Shown here: positions 1 to 8,500 of the stretch, one piece after another | Layout of the letters: each line of letters begins with the position of its first letter | Position numbering within the stretch: the stretch's first letter is position 1 | Source of the DNA: Candidatus Izemoplasmatales bacterium | Lineage (GTDB): Bacteria > Bacillota_I > Bacilli_A > Izemoplasmatales > Hujiaoplasmataceae | Assembly (NCBI GenBank): GCA_050177605.1 | Contig: JBFXGX010000003.1 | Coordinates: forward strand, 1 to 22,938 | Length of the DNA: 22,938 nt | Direction of reading: 5' to 3' | Translations under genes and position numbers: made by a program | The notes under the pieces: generated by a model | Database searches by the model: none | What the model was told of the DNA's origin: nothing | What the model saw: the letters and a program-made list of their open reading frames with translations, nothing else

Positions 1-1270
1 AAGTCACCAAACTAGAATCACTCAAGTCGCCAAATACTCCACGAACCATATCTCCGTCGACAGCGATTTGACCAACATTACCTTCTCCACTAATAAACCC
101 TGCACCATTTAAGATATCAAATAGTGTTCCAGCAACATCTGCTAAAGTCGATAATTCAGATGCATAATCAATTTGATATAGCTCAGCAGTAGAAACACCA
201 AGCGTTACATCTTGCATCTGCGCTCCTACTTCGATTGCGACTGGAAGTAATGTAGGAATTAATACGGAATGGGATAAAATTTCAAACATTGAACGAATTT
301 CATCGCCGGTTACATCCGAAATAACACCTGTATTAGCATAATCAGATTCTAAGAATACAAGTGCTGCTTCTGTATAAACACTGAGTTCATATCGTAAAGC
401 GATATTTTCATCGCCTATTTTAAAGGATAATACGCTATCAAAAAGGGAAAGATGAAGAGGAATCTGACTAGTACCATCGATATCCGTCACCGTAATTTGA
501 TTGGCTATTTGAACAAAGAAATTATTATTATAATTATCCACCATACCTTGTAGTAATGTAATTGTCGAAGACAAGTCTGTTGGAACAGAGGAATTTGCTA
601 AAGGAATAATGGTTTGTTCAGCTTGATATAATTCATTTCGTGGTGTAAATGTTACGGTTGTTGTATTCCCTAAACCATCTGTAGCTTCCACTAAACTAAC
701 CACATTCTCAGTAACATTCATAAATCCACCAAGAGTTATAAGTAATACAAAGACAGCTAAGGCACCATTTAAAGCACCAAATATCGCACCAAACCCGCGG
801 TTCTTCGATTTATTTTTATCGCGTTTACCAGAGAAGATTGCGTAAATAATCGCTGTGATTAATTTATACACTAATAGAATGACTGTAAAGTAGAGTAATG
901 TGTATACAAGTTTTAATGCAAACTGAGTAACGCCAACGAGTAAAGCTAGTACTTCAGGCGATGCTGTGCTTAAATCAAAAGTATCACCTAAGAATACTTG
1001 ACCAATATTTCCGATGCTATCTTGAAAAGAAGTAAACCCACTGAGTTCAGGCATAATTCCTGATATGGTTCCATCAAGAAAACTCAAATTCATGGTCCAA
1101 ATCATATCGATTACTTGATTAATCGTAAAGAAAAACACTGCATAAAATATCAGCATTGTGATAAAGCTGTATAGCGTCTTTTTCATACCTCTCATAAATC
1201 CGGCAAGTACTGCTAGTCCGAATATGATGTAGAACATCAAATCTAAAGACGTTAAAATTGTTAAGTCCAT
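1..1270 (-). CDS. Partial (runs off window) paralog of the giant CvpA-like membrane-anchored repeat protein; 423 codons visible
   Basis: Not in the ORF track. ATG at 1270 with RBS AAGGAGGGG upstream, and the frame is open to the window edge (MDLTILTSLDLMFYIIFGLAVLAGFMRGMKKTLYSF...VDGDMVRGVFGDLSDSSLVT). It is colinear with the 2679-aa ORF: FALKLVYTLLYFTV vs FAVKLVYTLLYFTV, SKNRGFGAIFGALNGA vs SKNRGLGALFGVLNGA, PRNELYQAEQTIIPL vs PRQEVYQASRTIIPL. Confidence 0.93.
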   Translation of the reverse strand, partial: MDLTILTSLDLMFYIIFGLAVLAGFMRGMKKTLYSFITMLIFYAVFFFTINQVIDMIWTMNLSFLDGTISGIMPELSGFTSFQDSIGNIGQVFLGDTFDLSTASPEVLALLVGVTQFALKLVYTLLYFTVILLVYKLITAIIYAIFSGKRDKNKSKNRGFGAIFGALNGALAVFVLLITLGGFMNVTENVVSLVEATDGLGNTTTVTFTPRNELYQAEQTIIPLANSSVPTDLSSTITLLQGMVDNYNNNFFVQIANQITVTDIDGTSQIPLHLSLFDSVLSFKIGDENIALRYELSVYTEAALVFLESDYANTGVISDVTGDEIRSMFEILSHSVLIPTLLPVAIEVGAQMQDVTLGVSTAELYQIDYASELSTLADVAGTLFDILNGAGFISGEGNVGQIAVDGDMVRGVFGDLSDSSLVT

Positions 1271-1298
1271 ATTACCCCTCCTTATGTCTTATAAATTC

Positions 1299-1326
1299 AT
1301 TATATATTATTTTTGAAAATATTCAA
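1299..1326 (-). promoter_or_regulatory. Putative sigma70/sigmaA promoter for the partial giant-protein gene
   Basis: Minus-strand TTGAAT (1326-1321), 16-nt spacer, TATAAT (1304-1299), located between the rsgA terminator and the RBS. Confidence 0.45.
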
Positions 1327-1345
1327 TTCAGTTTGCCTACAATTT

Positions 1346-1377
1346 AAAAAAAGCGGGAATTCTACTGAATTCGCGCT
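1346..1377 (-). terminator. Intrinsic terminator of rsgA
   Basis: Minus-strand stem AGCGCGAATTC / GAATTCCCGCT (one mismatch, 4-nt loop) followed by a T-run, about 10 nt after the rsgA stop. Confidence 0.8.
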
Positions 1378-1386
1378 AATTTATGG

Positions 1387-2373
1387 TTATTTACTGCGTA
1401 ATTTAAATTTTTTTCTTTCTACAAGCTCATTGCTCATTTTGAGATAATTTTCATATCTCGAATACTCGATTATTTGATCACTCACAGCTTGAATGACGGC
1501 ACATCCGACTTCATTCGTATGTGTACAATCTCGAAAATGACAAGTTGATGCATATTCATAAATATCTTGAAACGTATCTGAAAAATCTGCATCGTCAATT
1601 TGAATTTCCCGCATGCCAGGCATATCAATTATCGCAAAATGATTCGAACTATAAAATAGATTTCGTGAAACAGTTGTATGTCTACCACGATCATCTTTTC
1701 TTGTTTCATTGGTCTTTTGAACATCTTCATTAAGCAAGTAATTTGTGATGGTAGATTTTCCAACACCCGATGAACCAATAATGGCAATGGTGGTGTCTGG
1801 AACTAAAAATTGATTGAGTTCTGAAAATCCATCTTCCAGGTTCGATGAAGTAGTACAAACTTCAACGTTTGGAAAATACTGACTAATCTGACTTTTCTTA
1901 TCCTCAGCATCATCTACTAAATCTCTTTTGGTTAATACAACAATTGGCTTTGCTTTTGATTTTTCAATAATAGATAGATATCTCTCTAACCGACGAATAT
2001 TAAAATCGTTATTTAGTCCCATCGCAACCCATATTTGGTCGATATTACTTGCAAGATACTGGACTTTTCCACTACTACCAGGGCTTTTCCTTTTGAGTAA
2101 AGTCACGCGTTCAAAAACCTTGTGGATGATTGCTCTTTTTTCATCTTGAAAAGCTATCTCAATATAATCTCCAACTATCGGCATATCTTCTTCTTTTTTC
2201 GTATTATAGAAAAATTTCCCTGAAAGTTGAGCTAAGTAGAATTGTTCTTCTGTTTGTACGTAATAATGATTTGCCTGTACGGAGATGACTCTAGCAAGCT
2301 TGCGATCATCTCTTTGAATCATTTTTTGAAAATGAATCGGAAAGATGACCGTTTGAAAATGTGTTTCTAACAT
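1387..2373 (-). CDS. rsgA: Ribosome small subunit-dependent GTPase A (RsgA/YjeQ family), long-form paralog type
   Basis: N-terminal OB-like region (PIVGDYI); circularly permuted G motifs TKRD (G4), GSSGVGKS (G1), GRHTT (G2), DMPG (G3); Zn finger CHFRDCTHTNEVGC; DFNIRRLERYL motif; RBS AAAGGAGG. Confidence 0.95.
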   Translation of the reverse strand: MLETHFQTVIFPIHFQKMIQRDDRKLARVISVQANHYYVQTEEQFYLAQLSGKFFYNTKKEEDMPIVGDYIEIAFQDEKRAIIHKVFERVTLLKRKSPGSSGKVQYLASNIDQIWVAMGLNNDFNIRRLERYLSIIEKSKAKPIVVLTKRDLVDDAEDKKSQISQYFPNVEVCTTSSNLEDGFSELNQFLVPDTTIAIIGSSGVGKSTITNYLLNEDVQKTNETRKDDRGRHTTVSRNLFYSSNHFAIIDMPGMREIQIDDADFSDTFQDIYEYASTCHFRDCTHTNEVGCAVIQAVSDQIIEYSRYENYLKMSNELVERKKFKLRSK

Positions 2374-2377
2374 GATT

Positions 2378-2455
2378 CCTCCTTTCCGGAGGCAGGTTAC
2401 TTACGTATGCCTCCTAAATAAAATGGTTTAAAAATTGTATGTTCAATCATACGTA
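2378..2455 (-). promoter_or_regulatory. Putative translational attenuator (mutually exclusive RNA pairings) in the rsgA leader
   Basis: mRNA segments: 1 UACGUAUG (2455-2448) pairs with CAUACGUA (2409-2402); GGAGGCA (2414-2408) pairs with UGCCUCC (2394-2388); CCUCC (2392-2388) pairs with the rsgA SD GGAGG (2382-2378). Confidence 0.65.
2397..2450 (-). CDS. 17-aa leader peptide (uORF) MIEHTIFKPFYLGGIRK upstream of rsgA
   Basis: Strong RBS GAAAGGAGTGA (2466-2456) 5 nt before ATG 2450; TAA at 2399-2397; lies between the promoter and the rsgA RBS. Confidence 0.75.
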   Translation of the reverse strand: MIEHTIFKPFYLGGIRK

Positions 2456-2480
2456 TCACTCCTTTCATGTATCTAATGTA

Positions 2481-2509
2481 ATCATAATCTATTTTCCTTA
2501 AATAGACAA
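2481..2509 (-). promoter_or_regulatory. sigma70/sigmaA promoter for leader-rsgA
   Basis: TTGTCT (2509-2504), 17-nt spacer, TATGAT (2486-2481) on the minus strand, just downstream of the giant gene's terminator. Confidence 0.65.
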
Positions 2510-2543
2510 GAAAAAGTTGAGGTTTGACCCTCAACTTTTTTGT
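2506..2543 (-). terminator. Intrinsic terminator of the giant repeat-protein gene
   Basis: Perfect 12-bp inverted repeat AAAAAGTTGAGG (2511-2522) / CCTCAACTTTTT (2529-2540) right after the stop at 2545, with T-runs in both directions. Confidence 0.88.
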
Positions 2544-2544
2544 T

Positions 2545-5500
2545 TTAAATTAATCCGTAATGTGTTAATACTTCGTTGATACCCGCTTCAGTTAAGAATG
2601 TCGTATTGTCATTATTCATGTAAGATGTATCAGCTGGCCAATAAAGGTCAAATGGATCATCCGCAAGCATCATAGCTTCTAATTGATCTGTCATAATATT
2701 TCTAACGATCATCGAATCAAGAACAATGTCACGTTCTGCTGGAGTAAGTGAAGCTACCGCATTGACATCAATACTTACATTCGAGATATCACCCGTTGCT
2801 AAAACATTTGTTGCTTTAATAAATGCTTTAATTTCTACTTTAGTGATAATATCAGTTAAATCATAAACATCTTCATAAGCTAAATCAGGAATCTTCGTAT
2901 TAATATTACTATTTCCTTTCAGCATATTGTCGATAGTGACATGCATTGAACCACTGCCAAGGACTGTGTCTAACTGTGCATCTGTTAAACTAGTTACAAC
3001 GCTTGCGTCCATTGCACCTGAGAAATCACTAACTCCTAACGTGCTTAAGGAGGTGAGTAATGCTTTTAATTCTAATTTTTCAATTTGTACTGTACTACCT
3101 ATGCCAACACTGAGTGTTTCTCTAAAGTAAGTTGGTACGATTAAACTACCACTACCTGCAGCTGCAGATTCATCAAGTGCACCCGTTAAGATCTTATCTG
3201 AAATAGTAGCTTGCATTGAATAACTTGCAAGTAATAAATCATAATCTGCTGCGAAGACGAGGTTCGCGGTAATGGTTATGTTACTAAAGTCTGTTAATCC
3301 AAGAGCATCAAGCGAATCTAGGATGGCTTTCATTTCATTAATTTCAATATAAGTTACATCAGATTCTACGATTCGGATTGTGACTGTTCCTAAAATATTA
3401 GCGTTTGGAATAATTAAGTTTCCACCCGTTCCGTTCAGTAACTTATCAGAGAGTGTAGCCTGGATTGAATAAGAGAGTAATAATGTATCTGGGTCATCAA
3501 AGAATTTCGATGAATCGATTGAAGAACCAAAGTTATCTAAGTCAGTGTATCCCATCGCTAAGAAACTATTAATTAAAGCTTTGATTTCTGACTTGATGAT
3601 AAAGTCTGTTGTACTGACAGTTTTTTGAATACGTTCTGCTTCCACTTCTCCTACTGGAGTGTAAAGTGGAACGATTAATACTGCATCATCTAAATCAAGT
3701 AAGGTTTGTGAAATCGTCGCATGCATTGAAGCGCTGGTTAATAAAGTATCTTGGTCTGCTTCTAAAGCAAGACTTGAAATCGTAATTGAGCCAGTGAATG
3801 CTGTAATATCGTTAACGCCTAAAACTTCTAGAGCATTAATAATCGCCTTGATTTCATCTTTATAGATAAATAACGTTGATGAGACGGTCGCTTTAATCGT
3901 AATTCCATCAATATCCGTTGTCGGTACAAGTAATACGCTTGGTCCTAAATCAGTGATTTGTTTTGTAATCGTCGCGTGCATTGATGCACTCGTTAATAAG
4001 ATATTTTGATTTGTTTCATTAAATAAGTTAACAAGTGATACGGTACCATTAAATGCAGTAATGTCGGTGATGCCTAATATCTCAAGTGAATTAATGATGG
4101 CTTTAATTTCATCTTTATAAATGAAGAATGTTGCTGAAACTGTTGCTTGAATTGGATTATTATCTACATCCGTATCAGGAATAAGTAAGACAGAAGGTCC
4201 AAGATCATTAATTTGCTTTGTAATTGTCGCATGCATCGAGGCACTTGATAATAAAATATTCTGATTTGTATCATTAAATAAGTTAACAAGTGATACAGTA
4301 CCATTAAATGCTGTAATGTCAGTGATACCTAAAATCTCAAGACCGTTAATTAATGCCTTTATTTCTGTTTTGTAGATAAATAATGTTCCGCCAACGGTAG
4401 CTTGAATACTTGTTCCAGCAACATCCGTATTTGGTACAAGCAATACAGTAGGTCCTAAATCAGTTATTTGTTTTGTGATTGTCGCATGCATTGAAGCACT
4501 TGATAAAAGAATTGTTTGGTTCGCTTCGCCATAGATGAGCGACAAATCAATACTTCCATTGAAACTGTTAATATCATCAATTCCAAGTAATTCTAATGCT
4601 TCAAACATCGCATCAATTTCATCCTTAACAATATATTCAGTTTCTGTTGATAAAGCACCAACCGTCAAACGAATCACATTACTATCTTGATCAAGTGTAG
4701 GAACTTTTAAAGTAGCTTCCCCTAAATCAAGTAGTTGTTTCGTGATTGTTGCGTGCATTGAACTACTACTTAATAATACAGTGCGATTTGCTTGTTCATA
4801 GAATAAAGTAAGATCGATACTACCATCAAAGCTATTAATATCGGTAATACCAAGGATTTCTAATGCTTCAAACATCGCATGTATTTCAGGTTTAGAAACG
4901 AATTCAGTAGTTTCTCCAACCCCACCTGTTGTTAAACGAATCACAGTCGTATCGTCGTCTGCGAAATAAGGAACGGTAAGTGTTGCACTTCCTAAGTCAA
5001 ATAGTTGTTTTGAAATTGTCGCATGCATCGAGGCACTTGCAAGTAAGATATCACGATTGCCTTCAGCATAGAATAATGATAAGTCAATACTTCCATCAAA
5101 CGTATTAATATCTGTAATACCAAGCACTTCTAATGCTTCAAACATCGCATCAATTTCTGCTTTTAAGACAAACTCTGTTTCGAATCCAACAGCACCTGTT
5201 GTAAGACGGATTGCGAGTGAATCTTCGCTATCTCTATAAGGAATCGTAAGCGTTGCACTTCCTAAATCAAATAATTGTTTTGATATTGTCGCGTGCATTG
5301 AGGCACTGGATAACAGAATATCTCGATTGTCTTGAGTGTAGAATAAACTTAAATCAATATTACCATCAAAGGTATTGATATCGGTAATGCCAAGAACTTC
5401 TAAAGATTCAAACATAGCGTCAATTTCAGTTTTTAATACGAATTCAGTTTCGAATCCAACTTCACCAGTTGTAAGACGAATGTCAAGTGTGTCTAAACTA

Positions 5501-8500
5501 TCACGATATGGAACCGTAAGGGTTGCACTTCCTAAATCAAATAATTGTTTTGAGATTGTCGCATGCATTGATGCACTACCAAGAAGAATATCACGGTTAT
5601 CTTGCGTGTAGAATAGGCTTAAATCAATATTGCCATCAAAGGTATTGATATCGGTAATGCCAAGTACTTCTAAAGATTCAAACATAGCATCAATTTCTGA
5701 TTTTAAGATAAATTCAGTTTCTAGACCAACTGGTCCAATTGTTGAACGTATTGCCAATGTATCAGTGCTATCCGTATAAGGAACGAGAAGTGTATCACTG
5801 CCAAGATCAATTAATTGTTTTGTAATTGTGGCATGCATTGAAGCACTTGCAAGTAATACATCTCGATTTTCTTGAAGATAGAATAAACTAATATCGATAT
5901 CACCATCAAAAGTAGTGATGTCGGTAATGCCTAACATTTCTAGTGTTTCAAATATCGCACTAATCTCCGTTTTTGACACATATTCTGTAGTGTGATCAAC
6001 AGGACCTGTCAATAATCTGATGGCGACTGATAAACTATCTTCGTAAGGTACGAGTAAAGTGTCACTACCTAAATCTATTAATTGTTTTGAAATGGTGGCT
6101 TGCATAATGGATGAAAGTAATAATGTGTCACGGTTTGTTACATCATAGAAAACAGATATATCGACACTTCCATCAAAGGTTTCGACATCCGTAATTCCTA
6201 GTAAATCTAAAGCATGAATCACATGAACTAATTCATCTCGTAGAACATAATCGGTTAAGGTTTCGAGTTCGCCAACTGTAATGCGGATAGCTAAAGTATC
6301 ATCATCCGCCATATAAGGAACTGAAATGGTACCATCAGCATCCAAATCAAGAACTTGTTTTGATACAGTAGCTTGAATGACTGAGGAGGCAAGAACGATA
6401 TCTGCGTTATTTCCTTCAGCTAAAGTGCTTAAATCAACCGTTCCGTTAAATGTTTCTAAATCAGTCAGTCCAAGAATGTCTAGTGCATCAAATATACTTT
6501 CAAGTTCTGTTTTGATTAAATACGTTGTTTCATGTAATACAGGTCCTGTTGTTACGGAAATGGAGGTTACACCATCTTCTTGATACGTTGGTACTTCTAA
6601 AGTTCCATCGGTACCTAAATCAAATATTTGTTTTGATACTGTCGCTTGAATGGTGCTCGATAAAAGTAACGTAGTTGCATTATCGCCCTCTGCTAATATA
6701 CTTAAGTCAACACTTCCATCAAAGGTTTCTACATCCGTAATACCCAAAATATTCAGTCCATCAATCATTGCAGTAAGTTCTGCTTTGGTGATGTATTCGG
6801 TTTGTTGTTCTCCTAACCCAACACTGACGCGAATAGCTGTAATACCATCGTCGGCTACATAAGGAACAGTTAGCGTTCCATCTGTTTCTAGGTCAGTAAT
6901 TTGTTTTGATACTGTCGCTTGGATGACAGAACTTGCAAGTAAAATATCCATATTTCCTTCAACGGATAGAATACTCAAATCAATACTACCATCGAAGGTT
7001 TCGACATCAGTAATACCTAAAACATTAAGTCCATCAATGATGGCTTCTAATTCTGATTTGATTATATATTCAGTATCGTTAGGACTAACCCCTACGGTTT
7101 TACGTATATCTAATACGCCATCATCAGCCTTGTAAGGCACGACTAACGTCCCATCCACTTCGAGATCGGTTAATTGTTTAGAAACTGTAGCTTGAATGAC
7201 AGAACTAGAGAGGAGAATTGACGCGTTATCGCCTTCGGATAATAATGACAAATCGACACTTCCATCAAAAGTAGTAACATCCTCAATACCCAAGACATCA
7301 AGGGCATCAAAAATCGCGCTAATTTCATCTTTGACTAAATACTCAGTTTCAAATCCTACAGGTCCAGCAAATACTCTAATTTCAGTCGTTCCATTCTCAG
7401 CATAATATGGAATGGTTAACGTACCATCATTTTCTAAATCAAACACTTGTTGAGAAACTGTCGCATGGATTATGGCTGAAGAAAGTAAAATATCTAAATT
7501 TCCTTCTTCACTTAAAACAGTTAAGTCGACACTTCCATCAAATGTTGTTACATCTTGAATTCCTAATACATCAAGTGCATCAAAAACAGCACTTATTTCA
7601 TCTTTAACAATATATTCAGTCTGATTTAGAGCTGGTCCAACTGTCACGCGAATATCGTTACCTTCTTCGCTAACATAAGGGACAGTAACGGTGCCATCAG
7701 CATCCAAGTTGAGCACTTGTGTTGAAATCGTTGCTTGAAGAATCGATGAAGAAAGTAAAACATCTAGATTATTCCCTTCGGAAAGAAGCGATAAATCAAT
7801 ATTGCCATCAAATGTCGAAATATCGGTGATATTTAATACTTGGAGGGCATCAAAAATTGCGAACAACTCCGTTTTTTTAATCAAAGTAGTTGCTTCAGTG
7901 TCGCTTCCAACAACGATTTTAATAGGGTTCTCATCCTCATCATAGGTTGGAATCGTAATCATATCTATATCCATATCAAGCAATTGTTTCGAAATCGTCG
8001 CATGGAGGATTGCTGAAGAAAGTAATGTTTCTTTATTTTCACTGATTACGGATAAATCAAGGCTTTCTAAATTATTGAAATCTTGTATGTCGAGAACTAA
8101 AATAGCCGATAAAATATGAGTCAATTCATCTCTTGATACATAATCAATTCCATTTTCGTTATATCTCACAGATACAAGTTCTTCTGAGTAATAAGGTACA
8201 ACGATTAAGGAATCGCCTTCAGTCATTTGCAAAAGATAATCTGAAAGGGTTGCTAGTAAGATATTGGACGCAAAAAGTGTATCTGCCTTTTCAGTATCAA
8301 GGACGGTCGAATCATCTTCAGTCGCTAGATTAGATAAAATGGAAACATCCATTTCAATATTATTGATATCGGTAATTCCAAGAATTGAAACAGCTTTAAA
8401 TACTTTTTTCACTTCTTCTCTTGAAACGACATTTTGTGAAACCTCATTCACAAAAATCTCTTTTAAAGCGGAAGGAGGAATGACTAATGCATCTCCTGCT

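Noticed and set aside
1521..2149. Short plus-strand ORFs within rsgA
   Set aside because: Antisense to a well-conserved gene, with no supporting signals.
1346..2543. rsgA cassette as a mobile element
   Set aside because: No transposase or integrase, terminal inverted repeats or target-site duplication seen; the flanking hairpins are ordinary terminators.
3700..8030. Regularly spaced DNA repeats as a possible CRISPR array or DGR template/variable repeat pair
   Set aside because: The period is 255-273 bp and in frame, differences are largely synonymous and not adenine-specific, and there is no cas or reverse-transcriptase gene in the window.
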